Shown piece by piece: positions 19,932-31,649 of a stretch of DNA of 64,000 bases; the stretch's first letter is position 1, and the number at the start of each line of letters is the position of its first letter. Under the pieces are notes generated by a model. The model was not told the DNA's origin. It worked only from the letters and a program-made list of their open reading frames with translations, and did no database searches. Made by a program: the position numbers and the translations under genes. The stretch is from Histomonas meleagridis 2922-C6/04-290x. Lineage: Eukaryota; Protista; Parabasalia. The stretch is taken from assembly GCA_020184695.1 (NCBI GenBank), contig JAANOX010000011.1, positions 186,001 through 250,000 of the forward strand, read 5' to 3'.

Positions 19932-22900
19932 ATGCTTTCTCTAATTGATCAAAAAATTCTTGCAATATATCAACAATATGTTGATACAGAACTTGAAGAG
20001 CCGCTTGTTTGTTTGAAGTTTGATAAAATTAATACTAAGAACAAAAAAGATAAAAAGCAAATCTTATTGGCTACCACAGGTATTTTTATTCTCCAACGGA
20101 ACAAAAAGGTAAAATATGGAACTCCAAGGAAAATTGCTTGGACTTCTTTATTAACTACCTCTTTTTCATCACATAAATCAATAATTTTCAGATTTACAGA
20201 AGAAAAATTCGAAATATTCCATAAAGAATATAACAAAATTGGTCGTATAGTTAAAACCCATTTGTTTTCATTTCTAAAAGAACAAGAATTACCAATTTTC
20301 AGTTTTCAAAATGATTTAGATTTTGATAACAATATTCCGTTTAATCCATTCTATCGCTTTTGCAATATCATTACTAGCAAAGTAAAATATGTTACAAACG
20401 AATCCATGAAGCGTTACAAACATTTTTTCCAATCCGAAGAGCGAACGTTAGCACTTTCGTTTTTTGAAGAAGTCGCAAATGATCTCGAAACCTTTTTTGA
20501 TTGTATTTATGGGTTCAAGCAAATCACTGCGTTAAAAATCGACATTTCTATTTCCGACAGTTTGTTAAGTATAATCATCACATTTTTAAAATTCACGAAA
20601 ACGATCAACACAATCATCTTTTCTTCCAAGATTAACATTGGGCAAGTACCATCCGATTTAATTATCTCCAAATCGATACAAAATTTCTCATGTATTGATG
20701 TTCCATTAAATCCACTTTTAATCCGATTTTTATCCACAATCATCAGTATCAATTCCTTTAATTCAGTCTCATTTACAAACACATTCCATGGCACTCAATT
20801 TAATGAATTTATTTCTCAGTTGAATCCATCGAAGCCGATAAAGTCATTTTCACTAGTGAATTCACGCGACATAAAATTTGATGCGTTTTATCCCATCTCG
20901 AAAGAACTCGAATCATTAACAATATCGGGTTATACCATTGATATTTCAGTCGTCTTTTGTAACATAAATCATTTCCCAAATCTTAAGACTCTTAATTTAT
21001 CCAATAATCAAGCAAATATACCTTTAGATGAAAAAATTATATTACCCGAAAATCTTCAAGAGATTATAGTTAACGAAATTAAATGGAAAGAGGCGCGTTT
21101 AATCGAAATGTTAAAGTTATTTGAACAATTAAAGAATCCAATCACATTATCCTTAAACAATTCAACATTTGCATCATATACTTGGGATGACTTTTATGAA
21201 GATATGCTTATTTTAAATCCGATCAATATTATAAACTTAAATTGGGATGGAAATCGTATTAATCAACAATTCACTAAATTCATTCGAAAGTTCCCTAATT
21301 TAAAGCGTTTATCTGTTTTTAATTGCTTAAAACTAAATGCACAATCTGTTTATAGCATTGCTAAATATATAGTTAAATCTAAATATTTAAATTGGATGAA
21401 TATATCGATAAATAATGGTGAAATTCAAGAGGCTGAAGCTTCTTCTCTATTTAATTCTTTATCTGATAATAGATCTTTACGTTCTTTATCAATGTTAGGA
21501 TATAAATATACAAAATATTTCTTCGATCTTTTAATTAACGCTTTATTAGATAACAGAAGAATTACTGAATTGGAGTACGACTTCATCGGCGTAAACAACG
21601 AGGAGTTCACTGTGTTCCTCGATAAGTTATCGGTAAGAGGGCCCCCTTTGAAAATTGACAGGAAATTTGTGGAAAGATTTTTAACATCAAATGATGTAAT
21701 CGAAAAATACAATAAGTTAATAAACGGTGACAAATCAATAGAACCGCCAGAAGAAACGGTCACCACTGACATAGATGACTATGACCTTTCTGGCAAAATC
21801 ATAAAGTTTGCAAGAGAAAAGGCCCGGCTATCAATATTAGGAGATGTTTCGTCAACAAGTTCACCTACTAAAAGTAGTCCTCATAAAAATAGTCATTCAT
21901 CAGAAAAAAATGAAAGTCCTAAAAAGAATACCGTAGTAAAAGAGCCAACTTCACCATCAGAAAAAGAAGAAAGTCCGAAGAAGAACACTGAAGAAAAGGA
22001 AAGTCCTTCACAAGATAAAAACGAAAATTTATTAAAGAATACTGAAATGAAAGAGCAAACTCCTCCAGCAGAAGAAAAACAAAGTCCGATAAAGAACACT
22101 GTAGCAAAAGAACAAACTCCTGCAGTAGAAAAAACCGAAATTCCAATAAAGGCTATACCCAAAGAACAAACTGACGAAAAGATAAAAGAACCCGAAATCA
22201 AGAAAGCTTCTTCCATTGACAATTCATCGAATGAAATCAAAAGTGTACCGTTTGATTTTGGATTAAAGTCGGCTTCTTCAGGAGAAGTATCACCAATATC
22301 ATCTGCCATACTTAAGCCAATTCCTACACTTGAATCCAATTCAACATCGTCTAGCGAAGTCAACTCAATTTCGTCAAGCGAAACCAGTTCATTTGGATCG
22401 AACAAACTTAAGCCAATTTTGGCAAGTGAAGTTCACCCTATCACACCAAATGAAGATAAGCCAAAACCTTCAAATGAAATGAAGCCAATCTCACCACACG
22501 AAGTTCAACCTATTTCATCATTACAACAAGGGCCATTTTCACCCAGTGAGAAAAGACCTATTTCTCAAATGAACATTGAACGAAAATCATCTGCTAATTA
22601 CATTGATTCAAAATCTCGAATACCAATTCCAGGATTTAAGCCATTAAGTGCGCAAAGCTCGATACCGGTATTTACTCCAACTCCTGATGAAGTCTCATCT
22701 TTAAGTTTAAGTAACATATTACAGCCAACACGGAAAGTATCATCATTTGATATGAAAAGTGTTGAAGTACCGAACACATTTGAAATTAGTGATCCACAGC
22801 CACCTAATTTTGGTAATTTGAAAATGCCACCAAAACTCAATTCGACATCTGATCAAGAAGATGAAGAAGAAGATTACGATGAAAACAATGAGAAAATATC

Positions 22901-23846
22901 TTCTTTATCACCAATTGATGATACAAACCAACAAAAACTTTCTTCTTTACAATCTTCATCATCATCTGATTCTGTTGGAAAATTTGGATCTTTTCAACCT
23001 AAGATATCATCTCTAGAGACATCTGATGACGATGAAAGTCCTATAAGACTCCCGATGAGCAACAACCGGAAGACCCGCGCCTTCAGTTTCTTTGCCGAAT
23101 TGCCAAATTCACCAGCGGCACGAAAACCGCCGCAGCAACCACAAGTGAACTTCACCAAGAGGGGGTCCGATGTGCGACCGTTTTCTCCACGTAACCGCGC
23201 GTTAACGTTCTTCGAGTCATCGAACTCATCCGAGAAGTCACTTTATGAACAATTCCAAGAGATAGGTTCAGAGCAACGCCAGCTCTTTCATCAAGGCAAA
23301 AACAACAATAACTCAGTGATGCCAAAGAAGCCACAAAACACATTTAATCAACAACATATTGTTCCATTTGTATTATCGCCATCAAGAACTCGAATGTCAG
23401 ACAGCTCATTGCAAAATAAGATCGGACGTTTCGTGTTAATGAATAAGAATAATAGCGAAAGTATGTTCCAAGATAAGTCAATACTATCGCCAAGAAACGA
23501 TTCGAAGAATGATAAGAAGCCAATGTTCACCAATGAATTCCAATCTCCAGGCGATAATCGAATCAAAGGCCGGAAGCAAATTGATTCGCTTAGAGACTTC
23601 GAAAGTGATGCGCTCGCGTCGCAGTATTACCAGGACGAAGTGAAGTCGCTGTACTCCGCGTTCTCGAAGAAGGGCTCAAGAAGTTCGCTGGCGGTCGGAG
23701 AGAACGACATATTGAGCGGAGATGAGGAAGAGTGCGAAGGGCTGAAGGTGGACCAGATGCAGTACCACACGGCGGAGAATAACATCGCTGACGCGCAGAC
23801 GATGTTCAGCATCGACAAACTGATAGAAGCGATAAGAAATGAATAG
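19932..23846 (+). CDS. Large RNI-like LRR protein with a PH-like N-terminus and Ser/Pro-rich disordered tail (CARMIL-like architecture)
   Basis: LRR-like LKTLNLSNN, LNWDGNRI and LRSLSMLG. Internal ESPKKNT/KEQTP repeats at about 21900-22150 and a long low-complexity C-terminal half. Confidence 0.6.
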   Translation: MLSLIDQKILAIYQQYVDTELEEPLVCLKFDKINTKNKKDKKQILLATTGIFILQRNKKVKYGTPRKIAWTSLLTTSFSSHKSIIFRFTEEKFEIFHKEYNKIGRIVKTHLFSFLKEQELPIFSFQNDLDFDNNIPFNPFYRFCNIITSKVKYVTNESMKRYKHFFQSEERTLALSFFEEVANDLETFFDCIYGFKQITALKIDISISDSLLSIIITFLKFTKTINTIIFSSKINIGQVPSDLIISKSIQNFSCIDVPLNPLLIRFLSTIISINSFNSVSFTNTFHGTQFNEFISQLNPSKPIKSFSLVNSRDIKFDAFYPISKELESLTISGYTIDISVVFCNINHFPNLKTLNLSNNQANIPLDEKIILPENLQEIIVNEIKWKEARLIEMLKLFEQLKNPITLSLNNSTFASYTWDDFYEDMLILNPINIINLNWDGNRINQQFTKFIRKFPNLKRLSVFNCLKLNAQSVYSIAKYIVKSKYLNWMNISINNGEIQEAEASSLFNSLSDNRSLRSLSMLGYKYTKYFFDLLINALLDNRRITELEYDFIGVNNEEFTVFLDKLSVRGPPLKIDRKFVERFLTSNDVIEKYNKLINGDKSIEPPEETVTTDIDDYDLSGKIIKFAREKARLSILGDVSSTSSPTKSSPHKNSHSSEKNESPKKNTVVKEPTSPSEKEESPKKNTEEKESPSQDKNENLLKNTEMKEQTPPAEEKQSPIKNTVAKEQTPAVEKTEIPIKAIPKEQTDEKIKEPEIKKASSIDNSSNEIKSVPFDFGLKSASSGEVSPISSAILKPIPTLESNSTSSSEVNSISSSETSSFGSNKLKPILASEVHPITPNEDKPKPSNEMKPISPHEVQPISSLQQGPFSPSEKRPISQMNIERKSSANYIDSKSRIPIPGFKPLSAQSSIPVFTPTPDEVSSLSLSNILQPTRKVSSFDMKSVEVPNTFEISDPQPPNFGNLKMPPKLNSTSDQEDEEEDYDENNEKISSLSPIDDTNQQKLSSLQSSSSSDSVGKFGSFQPKISSLETSDDDESPIRLPMSNNRKTRAFSFFAELPNSPAARKPPQQPQVNFTKRGSDVRPFSPRNRALTFFESSNSSEKSLYEQFQEIGSEQRQLFHQGKNNNNSVMPKKPQNTFNQQHIVPFVLSPSRTRMSDSSLQNKIGRFVLMNKNNSESMFQDKSILSPRNDSKNDKKPMFTNEFQSPGDNRIKGRKQIDSLRDFESDALASQYYQDEVKSLYSAFSKKGSRSSLAVGENDILSGDEEECEGLKVDQMQYHTAENNIADAQTMFSIDKLIEAIRNE

Positions 23847-23861
23847 TAAATATGAAACTGT

Positions 23862-26831
23862 ACAGTTATTATTATGTGTGATAACTTAATGATTTGAAGT
23901 GATTTACTATTTAGTGACAGTTATTATTATGTGCGATAACTTAATGATTTGAAGTGATTTAATATTTAGTGACAGTTATTATTATGTGCGATAACTTAAT
24001 GATTTGAAGTGATTTACTATTTAGTGACAGTTATTATTATGTGTGATAACTTAATGATTTGAAGTGATTTACTATTTAGTGACAGTTATTATTATGTGCG
24101 ATAACTTAATGATTTGAAGTGATTTAATATTTAGTGACAGTTATTATTATGTGCGATAACTTAATGATTTGAAGTGATTTACTATTTAGTGACAGTTATT
24201 ATTATGTGCGATAACTTAATGATTTGAAGTGATTTACTATTTAGTGACAGTTATTATTATGTGCGATAACTTAATGATTTGAAGTGATTTACTATTTAGT
24301 GACAGTTATTATTATGTGTGATAACTTAATGATTTGAAGTGATTTAATATTTAGTGACAGTTATTATTATGTGCGATAACTTAATGATTTGAAGTGATTT
24401 AATATTTAGTGACAGTTATTATTATGTGCGATAACTTAATGATTTGAAGTGATTTACTATTTAGTGACAGTTATTATTATGTGCGATAACTTAATGATTT
24501 GAAGTGATTTAATATTTAGTGACAGTTATTATTATGTGCGATAACTTAATGATTTGAAGTGATTTACTATTTAGTGACAGTTATTATTATGTGTGATAAC
24601 TTAATGATTTGAAGTGATTTAATATTTAGTGACAGTTATTATTATGTGTGATAACTTAATGATTTGAAGTGATTTAATATTTAGTGACAGTTATTATTAT
24701 GTGTGATAACTTAATGATTTGAAGTGATTTAATATTTAGTGACAGTTATTATTATGTGCGATAACTTAATGATTTGAAGTGATTTACTATTTAGTGACAG
24801 TTATTATTATGTGTGATAACTTAATGATTTGAAGTGATTTAATATTTAGTGACAGTTATTATTATAGTGCGATAACTTAATGATTTGAAGTGATTTACTA
24901 TTTAGTGACAGTTATTATTATGTGTGATAACTTAATGATTTGAAGTGATTTAATATTTAGTGACAGTTATTATTATGTGCGATAACTTAATGATTTGAAG
25001 TGATTTACTATTTAGTGACAGTTATTATTATGTGTGATAACTTAATGATTTGAAGTGATTTACTATTTAGTGACAGTTATTATTATGTGCGATAACTTAA
25101 TGATTTGAAGTGATTTACTATTTAGTGACAGTTATTATTATGTGCGATAACTTAATGATTTGAAGTGATTTAATATTTAGTGACAGTTATTATTATGTGC
25201 GATAACTTAATGATTTGAAGTGATTTAATATTTAGTGACAGTTATTATTATGTGCGATAACTTAATGATTTGAAGTGATTTACTATTTAGTGACAGTTAT
25301 TATTATGTGCGATAACTTAATGATTTGAAGTGATTTAATATTTAGTGACAGTTATTATTATGTGCGATAACTTAATGATTTGAAGTGATTTAATATTTAG
25401 TGACAGTTATTATTATGTGCGATAACTTAATGATTTGAAGTGATTTAATATTTAGTGACAGTTATTATTATGTGCGATAACTTAATGATTTGAAGTGATT
25501 TACTATTTAGTGACAGTTATTATTATGTGCGATAACTTAATGATTTGAAGTGATTTAATATTTAGTGACAGTTATTATTATGTGTGATAACTTAATGATT
25601 TGAAGTGATTTAATATTTAGTGACAGTTATTATTATGTGCGATAACTTAATGATTTGAAGTGATTTAATATTTAGTGACAGTTATTATTATGTGCGATAA
25701 CTTAATGATTTGAAGTGATTTACTATTTAGTGACAGTTATTATTATGTGTGATAACTTAATGATTTGAAGTGATTTAATATTTAGTGACAGTTATTATTA
25801 TGTGCGATAACTTAATGATTTGAAGTGATTTACTATTTAGTGACAGTTATTATTATGTGTGATAACTTAATGATTTGAAGTGATTTAATATTTAGTGACA
25901 GTTATTATTATGTGCGATAACTTAATGATTTGAAGTGATTTACTATTTAGTGACAGTTATTATTATGTGTGATAACTTAATGATTTGAAGTGATTTAATA
26001 TTTAGTGACAGTTATTATTATGTGCGATAACTTAATGATTTGAAGTGATTTACTATTTAGTGACAGTTATTATTATGTGCGATAACTTAATGATTTGAAG
26101 TGATTTAATATTTAGTGACAGTTATTATTATGTGCGATAACTTAATGATTTGAAGTGATTTACTATTTAGTGACAGTTATTATTATGTGCGATAACTTAA
26201 TGATTTGAAGTGATTTACTATTTAGTGACAGTTATTATTATGTGCGATAACTTAATGATTTGAAGTGATTTAATATTTAGTGACAGTTATTATTATGTGC
26301 GATAACTTAATGATTTGAAGTGATTTAATATTTAGTGACAGTTATTATTATGTGCGATAACTTAATGATTTGAAGTGATTTAATATTTAGTGACAGTTAT
26401 TATTATGTGCGATAACTTAATGATTTGAAGTGATTTAATATTTAGTGACAGTTATTATTATGTGCGATAACTTAATGATTTGAAGTGATTTACTATTTAG
26501 TGACAGTTATTATTATGTGCGATAACTTAATGATTTGAAGTGATTTAATATTTAGTGACAGTTATTATTATGTGCGATAACTTAATGATTTGAAGTGATT
26601 TACTATTTAGTGACAGTTATTATTATGTGCGATAACTTAATGATCTGAAGTGATTTAATATTTAGTGACAGTTATTATTATGTGCGATAACTTAATGATC
26701 TGAAGTGATTTACTATTTAGTGACAGTTATTATTATGTGCGATAACTTAATGATTTGAAGTGATTTAATATTTAGTGACAGTTATTATTATGTGCGATAA
26801 CTTAATGATCTGAAGTGATTTACTATTTAGT
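23862..26831. repeat. 55-bp tandem satellite, about 54 copies
   Basis: Unit ACAGTTATTATTATGTG(C/T)GATAACTTAATGAT(T/C)TGAAGTGATTTA(C/A)TATTTAGTG; successive GTGACAG at 23914 and 23969. Confidence 0.97.
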
Positions 26832-27467
26832 TACATATTTTGGGGTGCACTAGAAATGTCACTTTTCTTATGGGCTCAATGCTTTTAAGTCCTTGTCCGA
26901 CCACGACAAAGTTTTGTAAGGACAGCTGTAGTTATAGTAGAATAATGTGTTTAACCACCAGCTTATTTCATGTTTTTTTACTGGTAACTAAAAATTGTAC
27001 ACTTTTAACACAAAAAATCTGAATGTCTTTTAGGCAGGAGGTCAGTATTATTTTATACCTCTAATAAATGAATTTGATTTTTATTATTTCCGTTATTTTT
27101 ATTATAAAAAAGGATTATAAGCTGATAAGTAAGTTTTAGAATAAAAAAAATAATAATTTTTTTTAAATTTCATATTAATTATGCAATATTTTATTAGATA
27201 ATCTTTGATCTGTCTTTTTTTTAAAAAAAAAAAAAAAAAAAACTATGGCAATCTTGAGATATTTTTTGTAATAAAGAAATATTTCAAAGTTTAGGTTGTT
27301 GCAAAGCCCCGCTCTTTTCAAGATATAAGAAATGTCATTTTATACCAGCTTTTTAAAATATGAATCAAAACAATTTTTAATTTAATTTTAATAAGTACTA
27401 AAATGACAAAAAATTATTTCAAAAGTTATACCGCCTAAATGAAAACTGTTTTGAAATCATAAAAAAA

Positions 27468-27884
27468 ATGGCTCGTACAAAACAAACAGCTCGTAAATCT
27501 ACTGGTGGTAAGACTCCACGTAAGTCACTCGGTGCTAAGGCAGCTCGTAAGTCAACACCAGTTGTTGATTCACAAGGTGCTAAGAAGCAACATCGTTTCA
27601 GACCAGGTACAGTTGCTCTTCGTGAAATCCGTAAATATCAAAAGAGCACAGATCTTTTAATCCGTAAGCTTCCATTCCAACGTCTTGTTCGTGAAATCGC
27701 ATCTGGATTCCGTGGTGATCTTCGTTTCCAATCATCAGCTATTGCAGCTCTTCAAGAAGCTTCTGAAGCTTATCTTGTTGGTCTTTTTGAAGATACTAAC
27801 CTTTGTGCAATTCATGCAAACCGTGTTACAATTATGGAACGTGATGTGCAACTTGCCCAAAGAATCCGTGGTGAACGCAATTAA
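27468..27884 (+). CDS. H3: Histone H3 (trichomonad type)
   Basis: [40 protein letters not shown] and the histone fold. Confidence 0.98.
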   Translation: MARTKQTARKSTGGKTPRKSLGAKAARKSTPVVDSQGAKKQHRFRPGTVALREIRKYQKSTDLLIRKLPFQRLVREIASGFRGDLRFQSSAIAALQEASEAYLVGLFEDTNLCAIHANRVTIMERDVQLAQRIRGERN

Positions 27885-28302
27885 AGCTTTTAAACTAAAC
27901 AGTGTAAATAAATAACTTCTATTTTATAAAATCAATTTTTTTTTTATAATTTTCTTTTGTATTTGAATCTGTTACAGGAAATGAATTTTTAGTCTAAATA
28001 AATTTCACATAAACTAATTGAAATAATTTATTAAGAAGTGAAGATATAAAAATGCAATGCCTTAAAGTGTGGGTGGAGCAAAAATAAGCTTCTACTCCAT
28101 TGGTTAATACTTTTTTGAACTTGTTCTAAGGATGATTTAGTGGTTGTAAGATATTAAAAATTAATTATACATTTCAAATACTTTCAGAAATGTAAACGTT
28201 TCATAATATAATTAAAGGAACTTTGAAATATATCAAAACACAAGTATTTTATGAGGAATGTTAACCTAAAACTTGCTCAATTTTTAAGGAAGATCTGTTC
28301 CT

Positions 28303-28872
28303 TTACTCAACGATATGTGTTTTTTCGGAAATGTAGATACCATCGAGGAACTTACGAAGATCTTTGTTGTGGATATGTGTGTGTTGATGGATTTGAGCGC
28401 AAACTAATGATACCTTATCAATATCATTGCCTTCAATCCAGATTTCTTCCTTTTGGTTAGGGCTGTCCATGATCTTAACACCTTCTGGAGCAGTGACTGA
28501 TTTCTTTTCACGTTGACCCATGAAGTGAGTAAAGCTGAAAGAATCTTTATTGTCACTAATAGAGTGTTTGATTGGGAAGTGAGCTGTGACAAACCTCATC
28601 TTGTAGCGATAGCCTTTTGTTACACCTGTAACCATATTTTTGATATGGCCGAAGAGTGTACCAATGCGAGCAACAAGCTTACGATTTCCGAACCAGCAAC
28701 GAGCTAAAACAGTTTTTTCTTCAGCATTATATTCAATGTCGAGTTTAAGATGAGAAAGATCGCGAGTAAGGGTTCCGCGTGGTCCTGTAACTGTTACAAT
28801 ACCTGATTTAATTGTAATTGTAACATCATCCTCAATTTTGAGGTGATCTTGATGGAGAACTGGACGTGGCAT
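28303..28872 (-). CDS. RPL9: 60S ribosomal protein L9 (uL6)
   Basis: VTVTGPRGTLTRD, VTGVTKGYRYKMRFVTAHFPI and KDLRKFLDGIYISEK. Confidence 0.95.
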   Translation of the reverse strand: MPRPVLHQDHLKIEDDVTITIKSGIVTVTGPRGTLTRDLSHLKLDIEYNAEEKTVLARCWFGNRKLVARIGTLFGHIKNMVTGVTKGYRYKMRFVTAHFPIKHSISDNKDSFSFTHFMGQREKKSVTAPEGVKIMDSPNQKEEIWIEGNDIDKVSLVCAQIHQHTHIHNKDLRKFLDGIYISEKTHIVE

Positions 28873-28877
28873 CGAAA

Positions 28878-28901
28878 AAAGGAGCCTTGACCAAAACCGT
28901 T
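28878..28901 (-). promoter_or_regulatory. M3-like (AACGGTT) and M5-like (CCTTT) core promoter motifs of RPL9
   Basis: The minus strand reads TAACGGTTTTGGTCAAGGCTCCTTTTTTCG-ATG. CCTTT (M5) is known from T. vaginalis ribosomal-protein promoters. Confidence 0.6.
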
Positions 28902-28939
28902 AAATTTGACTATGCTTGTTTGATTAGTCTGTAACAAAA

Positions 28940-29280
28940 GAAAGTTAACAAATATTGTAATTCCATCTTCTGTTTCAGCAATTGCATTTCAATATTGTAT
29001 TTCATTAATACAAATTATAGTTCTTTCTTCAGTTATACATTTGGAGATTATGCATGATCATTGTAAAACTCTTGAACGCATATATTACTATGGAGAGAAG
29101 GTGCCATCATTTGGATTAAATGTTTTTTCAAATGTTCCAGCAATTTATGCCATAACATTGTTTTCATATAGTTATGATAAATTTAACACGTTATAAGTAT
29201 ATAAAGGAACAACAATTGAAGGATGTCCTCCATGGCCAACTCAATACATATGTCATTTGAACATTCCTCCTATCAAAGAT
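28940..29280 (+). pseudogene. Decayed BspA-like fragment
   Basis: KLTNIVIPSSVSAIAFQYCISL and, in a shifted frame, LERIYYYGEKVPSFGLNVFSNV. These parallel the end of the LRR region in 863..2584. Confidence 0.6.
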
Positions 29281-30253
29281 TGATAATCATAATAAAAAAA
29301 TAAAACAAAAAAAAACAAATGGAAATATGCGAAATTAATGTCAGGAAATGCTACTAATACCAAAATTACCAGCATAGGATGGAGAATAATATATATGAAA
29401 ATTAGAGGAATTCATAAGACCATTTTTGAAATACCTCAATGTTTTTTGTTTTTAGAGATATCAAGCCTAAATAAAAAATCTGTCTTGTGATATTTTAGAT
29501 AATCTTCTAAAACCTTTATATTTGAAAACAAATCATAAAAATATTAATTAGCCATTTCTTGATTGCCAAAATTAACAAAAAGTCAAGTGATTAAACGTCT
29601 TCTGGAATTGAAGGATCTGAAAAACACGTAAAACTAAAATTTAGATCATAATTTAAAAAGGAATTGGTTTGATGATAATTAATAAGATATTTGAATTTAA
29701 AAATTTTTAAAACCGTTTTGTTTCAATGAAATTATTTCTGTCATCTTATTTCAATGAAAACAGATTCCTTTTTAGTGATGAATAAATCGAAAATTTTTTT
29801 TAAAAAACATTCGGTTCGCACTGGGTTGTTATTAGATAGTTTCCCAAATGGGCATCGGCTAGCCGGCGACTCCAAGCAATCAGGAATTTCCAAATGTGGA
29901 TTGGCCATATCCATCAAAAATAGCGCAAAATAATTTACATGGTTTACATTCATTCAAAAAGTTTTATAAAATTGCCATCGTTACCAATTTCTGAGAACCA
30001 TCTCAGAATTTTTTTTTCGATCAAATAAAAATATCTTTCAAAAAAATTGATATTGCAGAAAATAGTTCTATCAAACAAAAAATACGAAAAGTATGTGAAA
30101 TAAAATAATATATTTTTATCCTATTCTATAAGAGAAAAGTCTTCCAAAGGTTCCTTACAAGTACCAAAAGTGACAATGCCGATAGGGTACCGATACCGAC
30201 GGTTACCCATCACTATAATTCAAGTTAAAGTGTTTAAACACACATAATAACAT

Positions 30254-31348
30254 TTAATCAATATTACAACAATCAAAACAACATTTCGGATCATTGCCGA
30301 AAAAGCTGTCATCATCTTCATTTGCCAACAAAAACGTTTCCTTATTTTCCTCTTTCACAAAGTATTTCGGAGTTCTTATCTGTGTATTACTATAGTCATA
30401 AACATCACTTGGTCTTCTTGAACATGGATATTGGAAGATCGAATTAATTTCAATTTCACTTAATTTCTCCCAATCATAAGGATCTGAAGATTCTTTCCCA
30501 ATGTCCCTTAATGCTTGGCTTAATTCTAGCAGAATCATGTCGTAATCAGGTAAATCTTCATAATTAAGCTGCAAAAGTGACAAAATAATGTTCTCAAATT
30601 CTTTTGGTGCGTTTTTCGTGAGTTCCGCGGGAGATATTGCTTCTTTCATCTTCATTATACCTTCTTTGTCATGCGCATTGTTCCATGGAAGTTCCCCGTT
30701 AAGCATTTCAATCATTGTGTGAAACCATGATATCATATCATCACGTGGTCCAAGATCAACCTTTTTGTGCGCGTTCAGAGAAGAGTATTTAGCAGTGCCA
30801 ATAAAACAGGAAACTGTGTTTTGTTGATGCGGTTTGCCAGTGGAGGGATTGATAAATCTTTTGGCAAGACCAAAATCTATAAGACAAAGTGGCGTGGGGT
30901 TTTTGTATCGAACAAGGAAATTTGATGGTTTAATGTCACGGTGGACAAAACCACGAGAATGGAATTCACGAAGCATACATACCATTTCCATTCCAAGCCT
31001 TAAGGTGGTGGAAATGGAATATCTATTGTTGGGTAATGATGACATGAGTCTGGAAAGTGATGGTCCAAGTAATTCCATCACAATATAATTATTTTGATGA
31101 AAAGATCCGTGTGAATATAGCTTGGGAAAATAAAGACTACCTTGAATTTGTCTAAGAACCGAATATTCGATGTCAAATTGTGATGTTCGTCTGTTAGTTT
31201 TTTCGATTTTCATTGCAAATGGTTGATTTGATCCATTTTCTCGAACGAAAAAAACAGAGCCAAATCCCCCATTTGCAATCATCTTAATTACCCGATAATT
31301 ATTGATAATATCAAAAGGTTGGATTTGGGATGTACCAACCAAGCTCAT
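30254..31348 (-). CDS. Casein kinase 1 / TTBK-family kinase
   Basis: IANGGFGSVF, AMKIE, MELLGPSL, HRDIKPSNF, IDFGLA, GTAKYSS and DDMISW. Confidence 0.92.
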   Translation of the reverse strand: MSLVGTSQIQPFDIINNYRVIKMIANGGFGSVFFVRENGSNQPFAMKIEKTNRRTSQFDIEYSVLRQIQGSLYFPKLYSHGSFHQNNYIVMELLGPSLSRLMSSLPNNRYSISTTLRLGMEMVCMLREFHSRGFVHRDIKPSNFLVRYKNPTPLCLIDFGLAKRFINPSTGKPHQQNTVSCFIGTAKYSSLNAHKKVDLGPRDDMISWFHTMIEMLNGELPWNNAHDKEGIMKMKEAISPAELTKNAPKEFENIILSLLQLNYEDLPDYDMILLELSQALRDIGKESSDPYDWEKLSEIEINSIFQYPCSRRPSDVYDYSNTQIRTPKYFVKEENKETFLLANEDDDSFFGNDPKCCFDCCNID

Positions 31349-31649
31349 TTGATATTAGGGCACTCCGATATTTTTATGTTGTGAAATAGCTGTCACTTTT
31401 GGATAAAAATGTAAATAACAGAAAAAGTTTTGCTTCCGAAAAAAATTTGGGTAATCGTTTTCGCCATGATTGTCCTCTCAAAAAGTGGAGAAATATTTTC
31501 AGAAAATTGACGGTTATTTTTAAAGAAGGTAATGGAACGAATTATTGAAGAATGCTCACAGATCAAGATGACATTTTTTCCATACAAACAGTATTTAACT
31601 ATTACACAATTTATCACATAAATTACAAGAAACATTGGCATTCCTTATT

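Noticed and set aside
21425-23818. Antisense ORFs inside the large LRR gene, and similar shadows in tubulin, copine and the kinases
   Set aside because: Expected shadows of real coding sequence with no independent motifs.
23862-26831. CRISPR array
   Set aside because: Head-to-tail units with no unique spacers, no cas genes, and a eukaryotic context.
23862-26831. Tandem C/D-box snoRNA or coding repeat
   Set aside because: Only C-box-like words; CTGA appears in just three late variants. The period is not a multiple of 3 and no long ORF was called.
27215-27242. T-run followed by a long A-run as a retroposon tail (similar A-run near 61860)
   Set aside because: No adjacent retro-copied sequence or TSD; homopolymers are common in this AT-rich intergenic DNA.
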